A stretch of DNA of 64,000 bases from Octopus vulgaris. Lineage: Eukaryota. Every line of letters begins with the position of its first letter. Within the stretch, counting starts at the first letter, position 1. Below are positions 12,450 through 26,121 of this stretch, piece after piece. The notes below the pieces were generated by a model that made no database searches, was not told where the DNA came from, and was given only the letters and a program-made list of their open reading frames with translations. The stretch is from NCBI GenBank assembly GCA_951406725.2, contig OX597820.1, positions 39,370,001 to 39,434,000 of the forward strand, read 5' to 3'. A program made the position numbers and the translations under genes.

Positions 12450-14180
12450 CTTGTTCATGGATGTTAGATTTAATCTGTTGTTCTGTTGGTCAGAATTACC
12501 AGGAAGTTGGATGTCTATAGTACAGCCCCCTTGAGTGCAAACATTCTGACCTGTTTTTCAATTGAGGCGTAATTTCTTCCAGTTCTCTGATCAGTCACAG
12601 AGTTCTTGAAAAACATCATGGCCATTGTCTTTTCTCCTATGACGAGATCGTTAAAATGAAAAAAATAAAAAAAACAATGAAGGAATATTCTGAAGAAGTT
12701 ATATAATTGCTGAATGAATTCCCAGCGTGCGCTAATCATCTGTTCATTTGCTAAATCATAGTCTTCGACCGACATCTAAACCGAAATTACTACTTCTGTA
12801 CTATCGAGGATCTAAAGATAGCTGAAGCTATCCAATAAAACATTTATAATTCAATTAGCTTCTTTTCTTAACTAATAAACAAGACGATTTATTGTAAGCT
12901 GTGTATCATTGCTGTCAAAAATTACGACCATTCGAATTTATTGTTCTAGATTCCATTTCAGATTCTTTAGATGTCTTTTCTTTATAGCAGTAGCATTACT
13001 TTTTTCATAATTTTCTCACACCATTTTAACTTAATGGATTTCAATACTTTAATGTACCCTTTTTCCTATCACTGATGGAAAATGTCCATGTTTACAGAAG
13101 ACATTAAATACAATAAAGCTGATTTCTTTTTCTTTTTTAGTAATTTTCTCAAATATGGGTTTAGCAGTATTTTTCTTATTTAGTTTTTAAATATGTTGAA
13201 AACATTTTCTCTTTAAAAGACTAAATCATCGCATTTCTTTGTGTTCGGAGTTTACACACGTACAACAATCAAACGACGCAAATATTGAAATCGGATAATA
13301 TTATTGATTTTCATAGAGTTGTAAAGTTGTGAAGAAGTAGTATTTGATCTTAGTACATAACTGATATTTAACTATTTATTTATTCACGTACTAGTACAGA
13401 TAATAGAGTCAATTACGTAAGTTTTCAGTGATCAAAGATGACCAAACCTTTCAGGTTATCAGCTTTACTAATTTAACAGATAGGATATAGAAGATTGCAT
13501 CGACCTTGGCGTTTGACTGGTTCTTCATTTTACTGACATTGGAAAGATGGAAGGCGAAATCGATCTCGGCAGATTTTATACTCAGAACATAAAGGGATGT
13601 AACAAAATAACATAATATATTTTTATCTGATGCTCTACTGGTCATTCCAATGTCAATCCATTGCCTGTGCGTAGCTGAATATTTAACTAATTGTTCTTCA
13701 GTGAATTACGAAACGGAAATTTTGCTCTTGCTGCAATGGATATCAGTTCTTCCATACATCATCTTGTAATGCACCTAGATAAATCAGTAGTGATATTTCC
13801 TGGGGGTGATTGGGTGTTTAAGGGTTCCGTCAACTTCAAACGCACTTCCATCAGGCGGCCCAGCCAGAGTTGATCAAGCCCCAGCTTGTATCTAGTTAGC
13901 ACTACTCTTAGTTGCGCTGCCCCTTCCAGGGCTCATACCTCTTGATCGTCGGCCACCTTGAGGCAACCTCCGGTGCCTCCACAACTAAATTGATACCCGC
14001 ATTTCTGTCCACTGGCCTCTGTAATGCTAAACTTGCTGCAAGCTCTGTCGATGGATTGGTCTGCAAATCCTCCACACACCAAGCCCTTAAATTATCTTTT
14101 GCTTGTCACCCTTTACTTTGGCATATTTCCTCCTCTTGCTTTCGTCAGCCTCCTCGATGCAAAGTGAAGACTGAGATATA
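12450..14180 (-). mobile_element. Highly degenerate RTE-like LINE (5' region, endonuclease and RT remnants)
   Basis: Scattered motif-like remnants and a GC-richer 5' UTR-like segment; weak. Confidence 0.3.
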
Positions 14181-15480
14181 AGAATATACTGAATAGCAAT
14201 TATATCAATGATCTTTTATATCGACCCACAGTCGATATAAAAATGTTCAACACTACTTAGTTTCTTCTTAACATAAGGAAATAACATAATTGGTATAATT
14301 CTGAATTAATCTGTTTGCTCTATGTGTTAAATGAAAATTTCACTTATTTGATTTTTGCTTTCGAAATCAGTGACCAAACAGGAAATATTCTTACTTAAAT
14401 TTCTTGTACTATAATCCATCTCAACAATAACTGGTCGTTATACGTTGTAATATGTGAGTTTTTTGCTCGCCCTCTAAAATCAAGTTCACTACTGAGCTTC
14501 GATTTTTAATTGATGCAATCCTGCTTCTGTTATACTGCAAATGCTTTTTGAAATTGCATATATGACCATAGTAAAAAAAGAGAAAAATTAAAAACAAAAA
14601 CACATCGTGCCAAAAAGTGGGTTTGTTGCAGTTGGAATGTATTTATATATGGGTTTGCGTAATTCGGTCAAACATGAAGCTAAATTTTAATACAAATTGT
14701 AATTGTCGTTGGTACACTCCAAATCAGATATGATCATGCAGGCCCATGACCAAGACGTTTCATCCATGGTCACCCTACTTTATTTTCAGACAAGCTATCA
14801 AGAGCTACGTTATCCAATGTGGCCGGTTAAAAGTTGGTTAGGTAATTGACGTTTCAGGGGAACTTTACTGTTATTTTTAGCAGGTCAAGAGACCGCTTGA
14901 ATATCAATTATATTTCTAAAAACCATTTATGATTCAATACAAATAAAACTGTTTGTAATCTATGTGATGGAGGTGGCGACCACAGTAACGGCTATTGCTG
15001 TTATTTGGCCCTAAATCAATCCTGATTGAACAGCCCAAAATTCACAGGTATTCTAGCCGTGACTCTCCTGTCAGTTATGAGTATATTTACATTTATTATT
15101 ACGACTACTTAAATATTTCTTATTCGATATGGAAAAAAATCGTCCAAAAGATGTTTTACCTCTGTTTCTTGCAGGTCGAGCGACAACACAGAAGTACCTT
15201 CGTTGTTGTGTATCAAAGATATAGTGGTCGTGAGCATAGTGCATGTTTTTCTGTTCAGAAAACCCAGACTTACGATATACAGTGTCTTTTTTCCAAGAAA
15301 GTTAGCTATACTTTCAGGGAGACTTGGCTGCTATTTCTAGCAGATCACGTGAAAACACAAGATTTCGCCACTACCACCCTGCTAGCCCACAAGTATGCGG
15401 TCTGTGTTGCAAGTGGTTACAGAAGTATCCGCGACATGTTGAATATCGTATTAAATCCTTATCTTCATATACAATATATC

Positions 15481-15685
15481 GGTTTCAAATTTTGGCACAA
15501 GGCCAGGGTAGGGATTAAGTCGATTTCCTCGACTCCAATGCTCAACTGGTATTTATTTTATCGACCCCAAAAGAATAAAAGTTAAAGTCGACCTCGGGTG
15601 AATTTGAACTCAAAACATGAAGACAGACGAAGTGCCGCGAAGCATTTTGCCTGGCGTGCTAACGATTCTGCCAGCTCGCCGCCTT
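15481..15685 (-). mobile_element. tRNA-derived SINE family A (Nin/Deu-like central domain)
   Basis: Reverse complement of GGCGAGCTGGCAGAATCGTTAGC...GAGTTCAAATT..CCGAGGTCGACTTT...GGGGTCGATAAAATAA.TACCAG. Confidence 0.85.
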
Positions 15686-16212
15686 ATTCATATATCGAGA
15701 GCATATAAACATGGTGGAGCTAGTTCTCCTTCACGATGATGTTGTTGTTTTGGTTTAGCCCTAGGTCGATCCAGTTAGAGTAAACCAACGAACAAAACCT
15801 ATGGCCATCCCGTATTTTATCCCCATGCGTCATGTATCTAACACTACATGACCCAATACAGTATTAGATATATTTTTCAACGTCGTACACAAGATGACAG
15901 TTTAAGGGAAGTCTAGCAAGCAAACTGAGTCATGTAGATGTTTCTTTATTATCTTATTCCTCTTTAACTTACTACTGAGAGCAAACAACTTTTTTATGAT
16001 CAAAACAAAAGTAAGGTTTATAAGGCCTTCGAATATTTAGTATCTTGATCAATAATTATATAGCGCGTAGCACCAGTAAAGATACACGAGCCACCAGTTT
16101 ATTGGCTAGTAAGTCGACACATCGTTTCAGTGGCACGAAATTCTAATATCTGAAAGAAACAAATATAGAAACATAAGTACATTTAAATGCGCATAAACAC
16201 ACATATTCATGC

Positions 16213-16318
<106 letters not shown>

Positions 16319-16974
16319 ATACACATACACAAAAAATTCGCACTCCCACGTCCGCAATCCCACGCAGTAAAGAATGGATCTAGCTTCAGCAAAAAGCTAT
16401 AACTTTAAAATAATTATCTTTCAAATATGTAGATGACAGTTAAGAAAGTGAATCCCAGAAGGGAACTAAAAAAGCCATTTTAATCAGCTTCACAAAAGAA
16501 TCTACAAAACGAGCTGCATTTAAGAAAAACTCTTTACTTAAACAGAATTTTATACTTGTGAAAAAATAACAACGGAAGCACAATAGAATCAAACATAAGA
16601 ATCAATTGTTTAAAATTATAATTACCAAGAAACTTTGAGTCTTTAGAATAATTTCTATTTACAAGAATTTCTTCTGCCTGCTTTCCAATTAAAATATGTT
16701 TTATCACCTACATAGTTTAAAACGATTCAAATCATGTTAAGAATGCTGCCTCCAACTTCTAGACTTCTCTTTCATCAAACGAATGCCAGCAAGAATGTTG
16801 AAAAGTCTAAAAGAAAGAAAACAAATTCGACGTTATTTCAAAGAATGTCTGGTTGTGATATTTGCCGAAAGCGACCATTAAAATATAAAACTATTAATAA
16901 AATAAAGCTATATGTAAAAGTTATAATAATGGTTTTCTTTGTAATAGATACAGACATATCATGGGCAAATTCAC

Positions 16975-17985
16975 TGAGTGGGTTGAACGTCGGATTGATT
17001 GCCTAACGGAATTCGTTCCGGCTCTCGCAGCTCTGAATTCAAATACCGCCCAGGTCACCTTTGCCTTTCATACTTTCGTGGCCGATAAATAAAAAGTATT
17101 GTACTTGAGATCAATTCTTCTATTTCACTTTTTGTTTTTTCTTTCTTTTTCTATCTGTCTCTTTCAAGCTTTGATAGAAATTAGCTAAGGTCAGATCTAA
17201 AGAATCCAGAATTTAAAAGTGAAGTGCCTTGACCTTATACCCAATCTGGTATTAGTAAAAATTCCGTGAACCGATGACTACCAGGGATATACTTGTGCCA
17301 AATCAGTGGACTATTTATTTTCCTTTCTGATTAACAAAACACTCGGTATCAATGCAAAAATGATATTGATATTAATATTTATGAGATCCCGCTGAGGTCG
17401 TCTTTACCGTTCATCCTTTCGAGATTGATAAAATAAGTACCTGCTGAATACTGAGATCGATGTAATCGACTATCCACCACACTCGAAATTGCTGACCTTG
17501 AGCCAAACTTTGGAACCAACATTAACATTTGTGAAAGCAGCGAGCTGGCAGAATCGTTAGCACGCTGGAATAGATTGAAAACGCTTAGCGGGATAGATTG
17601 AAAATTCTCAGCGGTATTTCGTCCGTCTTCACGTTCTGATTTCAAATTCCGTCGAGGACCACCTTGCCTTTCCTTCTTTTCGGGGTCAATAAAATAAATG
17701 TCTGTTGAGCACTGGGATCAATGCAATCGATTTACCCTCTCCCCCAAAATTTGAAATGAATATTATAGAGCGATGAAGGCGACGAGCGGGTAGAATCGTT
17801 TGCATGCCGGGCAAAATGCTTAGCGGCATTTCGTCTGTCCTTACATTCTGAGTTCAAATTCCGCCGAGGTCTTTGCATTTTATACTTTCATCCTTTTGGG
17901 GACGATAGAACAAGAACCAGTTGAGCACAAGAGACGATTTAATCGATGAATCCCTTCCCTCAAAATTGTTGCCGAAAACTGAAAA
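16975..17985 (+). mobile_element. Cluster of four same-orientation SINE family A copies
   Basis: Copies at about 16975-17110, 17385-17518, 17537-17757 and 17777-17985 share the GCCTTTCATCCTTTCGGGGTCGATAAA-type domain. Confidence 0.8.
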
Positions 17986-18306
17986 CAATATTTACCAAGC
18001 CCTTAAATAATTTAGGGGAACATAGCTGACAGGTTCCACCATTATTTGACTCAGAAATTTAATATATTGGTTATTTTTTTGGAAATTGTGTTGTGTTTTC
18101 TGAAATTTTGATGATGAGACACTGGAACACGTGATCTCGAAACAAGATATATTTACATGCGTTACCCACCATGCACACACACGCACGCACGCATACACAC
18201 ACGTAGACACACACACCGCACGCACGCGCACACACGCACACACAGACACGCACACACACACACACATACACACACACACACATGTATATTCTCTAATACT
18301 TTTACT

Positions 18307-18377
18307 ATCTTCAGCTTCAGTCATTGGTCCCCCCACCTGTCACGCGGTAGACCGAGGTTCGATTCCACGCCAGGGAG
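18307..18377 (+). pseudogene. tRNA-Asp(GTC) pseudogene
   Basis: CCCCACCTGTCACGCGGTAGACCGAGGTTCGATTCCACGCCAGGGAG matches the anticodon arm, T arm and 3' end of eukaryotic tRNA-Asp (anticodon 18339-18341); 5' and D-arm degraded, stems mismatched. Confidence 0.7.
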
Positions 18378-18393
18378 GCGTTAACAATGTCTA

Positions 18394-18556
18394 GGTGTAG
18401 GAGTGACTGTGTGGTAAGAAGCTTGCTTCCCAACCACATGCTTCCAGGTTTAGTCCCAGTGCGTGGCACCTTGAACAAGTGTCTTCTACTATAGCCTTGG
18501 GTCGACCAAAGCCTTGTGAGTGGATTTGGTTGACGAAAACTGAAAGAAATACGTCG

Positions 18557-18601
<45 letters not shown>

Positions 18602-18822
18602 TTATGTGCATTTGTGTCTGTAGTTGCCCCTCCACCACCACCAATGCTTGACAAGTGACATTGGTGTATTTACGCCCCCGTAACTTAGCAGTTCGACAAA
18701 ATGAATCAATAGGGTAAGTACTAGGCTTACAAAGAATAAATCCTGGGGTCGATTTGTTCAACTAAAGAGGCAGTGCTCCAGCATGACCGCAATCAAATGA
18801 CTGAAACAAATAAAAGTATAAA
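18394..18822 (+). mobile_element. SINE family B, full length
   Basis: Head, internal (TG)n and 3' TGCTCCAGCATG.CCGCA.TCAAATGACTGAAACAA end. Confidence 0.85.
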
Positions 18823-19797
18823 ATAATACGCAGACAAATACATATGGCGCGTTACCAGTGTTTATTTCAATGTTATACTGTACTACGGAATATGTCAATT
18901 GATTTTAAATAGAGAGAATACACCAAGAAACTTTTGATCAATGATGTATACAAAGACAGATGTAAATATTTATCTGTACATAGAATATCTTTGATATCAA
19001 AATAAGAGAGATCATCCTACCCACCTATAGCTATATTCTGTAGTAGAATCTATCACTGAAACAGAACACCTTTAATGCACCAGTGATTTATTAATCGAAC
19101 TAATTGCCATGGTTGCATTATACATGAAACTTAGTCTATCCAATTTACTACTAGCCTTTAATACTAATGTGTTTTTTTATAAGTAATTCCTCTGTTGATA
19201 GTTAAAGAGAGTGCTCAGCTACTGATGAAATCCTAACACAGAATTGAAATCAGTTTGAATTACCCGCTCTTTTTTTTTCCACGAATGTATATTGTGTACT
19301 AAGGTGTTAACATCTGTCCATGTTTACAATATGGCTACAAATCCATAGCTATATTCTAGTACCATATATCATTGAAACTAAACATTGTTTGTGTACCAGT
19401 AATATATTCATAGGACTACATATCAAAAAGGCATTATATAGTCAAATTGGCCTAAAGCACTTTATTTTTGTCACCAATATCAGTATATATTATAGGTGTA
19501 TAAACGGTATTAAACACTGATTGATTGAGGTACAAGCTTTAACTGAGATTATTAACTTTAAATCATAATCCTTCCGAAAGCATGTTTGCTTATCCAAAGG
19601 CATTACAACACTCACTCGAAATAGATTCTCACCAAAAAAGCAGTCTCAGGGCCTAAATATTGAACAGTGACAAAGAAATACAGCTTCATTGTAGAAAGAA
19701 AATAGGAAGGACTTCCTTTGTGCTTGCAGAACTTTATTTCAAAGTTAATTACAATGTACAATATAATGCAAAAGCAGGTTAATATTTGTTTAATCTT

Positions 19798-20380
19798 AGG
19801 CGGCGAGCAGGCAGAAACGTTAGCACGCTGGGCGGAATGCGTAACCGTATTTCAACTGCCGTTACGTTCTGAGTTGAAATTCCGCCGAGGTTGACTGTGC
19901 CTTTCATCCTTTCGGGGTCGATAAATTAAGTACCAGTTACGCACTGGGGTCGATATAATCGACTTAATGTATTTGTCTGTCCTTGTTTGTCCTCTCTGTG
20001 TTTAGCCTCTTGTGGGTAGTAAAGAAATAGAAATAGGTATTTCGTCTGCCGTTACGTTCTGAGTTGAAATTCCGCCGAGGTCGACTTTGCCTTTCATCCT
20101 TTGGGGGTCGATAAATTAAGTACCAGTTACGCACTGGGGTCGATGTAATCAACTTAATACCTATGTCTGTCTTTGTTTGTCCTCTCTATGTTTAGCCCCT
20201 TGTGGGTAATAAAGAAATATGTATTTCGTGTCTTTACGTTCCGATTTCAAATTCTGCCGAGATCGACTTTGCCTTTCATCCTTTCACGGACGATAGATTA
20301 AGTATCAGTTGCGCACCGGGATCGATCTAATCGACTGACCCCACTCCCCAAAAATTTGGGGCCTTCTGCCTAGAGTAGAA
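19798..20380 (+). mobile_element. SINE family A with three tandem internal ~190-bp units
   Basis: One head, then units restarting with GTATTTC at about 19847, 20037 and 20221. Confidence 0.85.
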
Positions 20381-20523
20381 AGTTTGTTTAACCTTGAAAA
20401 AGCAAAAGCCGAAGTTTCCTTAGTTGTTTACAAATGACGTTGTTCTGCCATCTATTGAAATACAAAAACAAAGCAGTGATGAGAAAAAAGAGACATAACA
20501 AAAATAGAAATTATTAGAAGAAA

Positions 20524-20659
<136 letters not shown>

Positions 20660-21899
20660 GATAATGTAAACCATGTAAATGACATGCAAGTAAAGAAAAC
20701 TAACAGAAAATACTTGGATTCATGTTTAATATAAGGATTTAAAAACACCCAAACAAATAAAGGAATGAGGAGGGGGGATAAAGAAGGGAGAAAGTTCTCG
20801 ATTGATCAGCAACGTCATCTGTATATAAAAAGAAGTACATAAAGCAGTAGTCATATGTAGTCATAAGCATGTACAGAGAACAAAAGTTGTCCATTTTCTT
20901 TTCTCAATGTCGAGATATTTTTCTTCGGATGTTTAGGGAAATGTGCACTTTAAGTGGTAAAGTTCGTGAGGTGAGCGAAGGCTGGTTGGTCGATACTATG
21001 GTGAGATCAAATCTGGGAAATATGAAAACGAACCTTTGGAACTCTAAACAGCAGCATCGTAACTTAAAAGAGCTTTAACCGAACGTGGAGTGTATACTTC
21101 TAAGGAACTGGGTGCATGTGATTTCTGTGATTGCCAAGTTATGAGATGGTTTTAAAATGAGCAAGAAAAAAATTGACAGGCAAGTGTTTGTAAAATGAAC
21201 AAGATGTAGGATTATACGAACACAGGAGAGGAATTTATGCTGAGTTACAACATAGTAATATCTATCCTCGTTTATAACGAGTGGTTAGTTTAAAAAACAA
21301 CAACACCGTGTTAAATGAATCAGTGATAATGGATAATAGAACATAATGCAAAAATAGCTTTTGTTCCGTGACCCGAAGTTGTCCTGAGCATTTGTGGGTT
21401 GTTTGCTGGGGCGTGCTTTTGCGGTTCAAGCTAAATTTTTGACAGATCAGCGACATGTGTTATCACAAATCTATTTGTGATATGTGTAGCACAGTTTACA
21501 ATGAGTGTACTGTGTTATCCAAGATCAGTGATTAATGCATCAGTTATAAACGAGAATAGATGTAATATGCTGCACTTTCAAATATCCTAAGAAAATATCC
21601 TTTTTGTAAGATCTTCTAATTGGCAAAAAATCGAAACAAAAACAGGCGACAAATCTGATTAGGAGTGTCATATGACTGTCACTGATTGGCAAAATGCCGT
21701 GTGAGCAAGAGTTTCTAGACAAGAAGTAGACCTCAAAATAAACTGAATGGAAACAAAATACATGCTATCCGAAAAAGTAGTATAAGGCCGAATGATTTCG
21801 AAGCAATGAATTTAGGGAAAGAATTAATGAATTTAAAGAAAGAAGTACGATTGTTAGAATTGTAAGATAGTAAATATATGTCAGACATTGTTACACAGT

Positions 21900-22360
21900 A
21901 AACATAGGCCGAGATATGAACACTGGGATCTTGCTCTTAGTAAGTACACGGCGATATATGTTTGCTTCGATTTTAGATGTGCCCAAAGCACATTAAGACA
22001 AAACCTTGTACACCAGTGTCTTCAATATTATCATCTTTCCTACGCTCTTATAAACAAGTGAGACGTGAACAACCATAAAGAACAGTGACCGACTAGGACG
22101 GCGATAAATGGGGCATGGAAAAATCTAAGTTAGGAATAACATTGCAAAGCTTACCAGAAATCAGGTAATTCGAGGACGGAGTGGCGGTAACGATGTGATT
22201 GTGGAATACCATAAGTACGACTTCCACTGAGCCAGAAATGACGCGAAGTTCAAAGACAACAGGTGGACCCGTATAGTTTTTCTTCAAGGCATGGGAAAGA
22301 CAACACAGTCAAACACTTCGGGATCAAATGGAAGAAAAGCGCGCAATTGAAGGAATGATG
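21900..22360 (+). mobile_element. Very degenerate RTE LINE 3' fragment
   Basis: IIFPTLL*TSET*TT resembles the RTE ILPxLLYxSETW motif. Confidence 0.35.
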
Positions 22361-22753
22361 AAAGCACGTTCTTACCAGCGATTAGTCTGGTAACAGCGGA
22401 TAGTCTGGTAACAGCGGATAGTCTGGTCGATCAAACTATAAAGCGCTAAGTAATAATTGCAGTTAAAATGAGAGCTCAATCGATGGAGAATTTGAACCAG
22501 TCTGGTTGATCCCTCTTTTTGTGTTCAAAAAGTCATTGTATATAGGTGTTTACATCATTCTATATATAAAGTATGGGCGGCTTAAAGATCTATACCAATT
22601 TTCTATTATATTATTTTCTATTGTACCAGCATCGAAACAAAAATACTGTTTATACGCCAGTAATTATGACTAATTTATGACTTACACACACATACATATA
22701 TATTGTTATGTAAATATTTATATATATATACATATATATGTACATACATAGAT

Positions 22754-22837
<84 letters not shown>

Positions 22838-22841
<4 letters not shown>

Positions 22842-22913
22842 TCTTATTCTCTTATTCTCTTATTCTCTTACTTGTTTCAGTCGTTTGACTGAGGCCATGC
22901 TGGAGCACCGCCT
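22838..22913 (-). mobile_element. 3' tip of SINE family B inserted in (TA)n
   Basis: Reverse complement of AAAGGCGGTGCTCCAGCATGGCC..AGTCAAA.GACTGAAACAAGT plus repeated AAGAGAAT tail. Confidence 0.75.
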
Positions 22914-22914
22914 T

Positions 22915-22939
<25 letters not shown>

Positions 22940-22947
<8 letters not shown>

Positions 22948-23220
22948 AAATTCGTTCTGTCTGTCTATCTGTGTGTGTCCTCTAGGACCTCGGGCAACCT
23001 CCATCCGATTGCGCTCAAATTTGATATGTAGATACCGACGGTATCAGGGCGTGTATAAGTCTTGAAAAATTACAAAAATCGATTCCAGATCAGAATACGA
23101 TCGATAAAACCGTGGGAATGTGCATTTGTACGCGCAAGCACATCAGCTGTTTCGATGTACTTACTGGTACTTTAAACTCTTCGGTTGCATATTTGTGTGA
23201 ATAAAATCGTTTTTCTTTGG
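22940..23220 (+). mobile_element. Helitron-like 5' region
   Basis: TATATAAAA..CTGTCTGTCT..CCGATT..AAATTTG pattern resembling non-autonomous Helitron 5' ends, starting in (TA)n. Confidence 0.45.
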
Positions 23221-23414
23221 AATAGAAAGAAAGTCTATCTGTATTTCTTCTTTTACTGGTGTCTTAAATTTAGGTTGAATCAGTGTTTCTCAATGGGGAG
23301 GCCTATGGGACGGTCGGACAAGTTGTTTTGAGAAAATTTGGTTTAAATGTTTGACAAGTGGGCACCGTCCATTGGAAGGGGGAGGGCGTTTTGCTCATAT
23401 ACATATATATATAC

Positions 23415-23485
<71 letters not shown>

Positions 23486-23504
23486 CATATATATACATTG
23501 GAAG

Positions 23505-23577
<73 letters not shown>

Positions 23578-23581
<4 letters not shown>

Positions 23582-24245
23582 GCTGAGGTACCCGGTAAAA
23601 TATTACAGTTAATAAAATGTCTGTTTATAACCATGAAACATTTTTCGTCAAAATTCGACATTTTTCAGAGAGGACCAATTTGACTAAAAAATGAGCAGAG
23701 TCTGGTGACGAACACGTGTCCTCGTCATTTTTGTGCATGCGTGTAAAATGCCGAAATTTTACGCTTTGGGGCAGATTTCATCAAATTGATGTCACGATGT
23801 CTCGTGTGCAAAATGCCTAAATTTTGCTTGAGAAATAAAATGGTCTTACCTAATCAAAACCTGAAACGCTGGGGAATTAAAACAACGAATTGAAATTATA
23901 AGTTTAAGCAAATCAAAACAATTCGCATTCAAATGAAGAATTAACAAATGCTAAATAGATTACCGTTAACAAGCTGTCTGTTTATACCCATGAAACGTTT
24001 TTAGCCAAATTTCGGCATATTTTGTCATATTCATGTCACGATGGCTATTGCGATAAATGCTGAAATTTTACAAGTTTTGAAAAATCGATGCTGATTAAAA
24101 ATCGACTTTTAAAAAATCCCAAGTGTGTAAGTGACCACATGGGCGTAAGTTCCAAACACGTGTCAAGTTTCATCAAGGCCTGTAGGATAGCCTCGGAGGA
24201 GTTAAAGTAACAAATTCACAAACACACAAACTTGCCATTTATATT
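23578..24245 (-). mobile_element. Non-autonomous Helitron-like element
   Basis: Minus strand starts AATATAAATGGCAAGTTTGTGTGTTTGT..AACTCC..ATGAAACTTG and ends CCGGGTACCTCAGCTACTA into (TA)n. Confidence 0.5.
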
Positions 24246-24258
24246 ATTATTATTATTA

Positions 24259-24319
<61 letters not shown>

Positions 24320-24320
<1 letters not shown>

Positions 24321-24465
24321 TTACATTATTTACATTATTTACTTTCGATGAATACTTGTCCTCATCTTGTTTGTTATTAACATAACGTTTCGGCTGATAT
24401 ACCCTCCAGCCTTCTTCAGGTGTCTTGCTGAAATTTCGAACCTGGGTACTCATTCCTAAGGTATT
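24320..24465 (-). mobile_element. Hammerhead-containing short element (same family as 7150-7485), intact core
   Basis: Minus strand reads GACAC CTGAAGA A GGCTG-GAGGGTATAT-CAGCC GAAA CGTT ATGTT. Confidence 0.75.
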
Positions 24466-24499
24466 CCCTCGTCCATGAGAGGATCCATTACAACCGTTG

Positions 24500-24685
24500 G
24501 AAATACCTTAAGAATGAGAACCCTGGTTCGAAATTTCCCCAAGACACATGAAGAAGGTTGGGGGGTATATCAGCCGACTCGTTATGTTAACAACAAAGAA
24601 GGTGAGTACAAATATCCGTCGAATGTAAATAATGTAAATAATGTAAACAATGTCCATAATTCTTCATCTCTTAGATATAAAACTG
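24500..24685 (+). mobile_element. Hammerhead-family element, inverted partner copy with mutated core
   Basis: AATACCTTAAGAATGAGAACCC...; core reads ATGAAGA...GACT instead of CTGANGA...GAAA. Confidence 0.75.
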
Positions 24686-25622
24686 TATTATTATTTTATT
24701 ATTATTGTTATAATATATATATGTGTATATATATAATAAAGCACAACATCTTTGTGCCTGTGTCTCTGTACATCTATAGGACGAAAGGGAGTAGAAGATA
24801 CGAGAAAGACGATGAGCTACATAAAATTTACTTTCCAATGCGATTAGGGGGGGGGGCTGAAGTGGAGAGGAAAGCCCCCCCCCCCCGTGAACTTTCAAAT
24901 ACCTCCGATTTGAATGAAAATAACAACATAACTACTAGGTACTAAATAAAGACGATTTCCAGAATTTCACCAACTCACAGTATTGTTTAAACCCCAGCCC
25001 AGTGGGATTTATAACACTGGACTGAGCACCTTTGACATAGCAAATACGTCCACTTTTCATGGAAGATACATAAAATGTAACGGTGTGTTCTTGGAATAAG
25101 CGTACAACATAACTTCAACAATATATATATATATATATATATATAAACAGCCATAAACACAACAGATATTACGACATTATATACATATATACACATTAAT
25201 ATATATATATATGTGCATATACATATATATATATATATATATACATATACATGTATGTATACATACATGTATATATATATATATTTACATATATACATAT
25301 ATACATGTGAGGCAATTCGTTGCTAAACCCTTAATTGCTTAGTATTACTTATATATATATACATATATATACATATATATATATATACTTGTACATAAAT
25401 ACATATATATATACACGATATATGTATGTATACATATATATATATTTATATATACCTATATGTATATATGTATATATATATACGTATATATATATACATA
25501 TACATACCTATATATATATGTATATATATGCATATATATGTATATATACACATATATATGTATGTATACATATGTATATATATATATGCATATATATATC
25601 TATGCGTGTACATATATGTATA

Positions 25623-25680
<58 letters not shown>

Positions 25681-26121
25681 AGCACACAAACATATGTATG
25701 TGAATGTGTCCGAGTTTTTAGGGGTTAATTTTTGCATGTGTGTAAGCGCGCGTCTGTTGGTGATTATGTTCCGAGCGATGGGCCACCTTCTCAACAAGCG
25801 TTACAGTTTATGAAAAGCTGAACGTAACAGGAATAATACTAGATGCAGCAAGAAAAGAGGCATATACCTAGCCTTTCCAACGGGACATATCTATGTTCGT
25901 CTACTACATCAAGACTTTGGATGTACAGTCGTCAAAGGACCTAAAAGAAGATGATCATCATGAGACTCGATGCACGACTGTAAGTGTGTACATATGTACG
26001 CGTGTTGTGGTATGTGCGTATTTCAGTGTGCGAACGTACGTAACCCCATATACTCACCTGATCCCAACACACAATTGCAATGCATTCAAAAAATCTATAT
26101 TCATAATGTTTCTATATCTTA

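Noticed and set aside
14995-15585. 196-aa ORF and acceptor-like TTCTTGCAG at about 15173
   Set aside because: Runs through degenerate repeat fragments (TTT.TAGCAGGTC motif recurring at about 14880 and 15340) and a SINE; no protein-like content.
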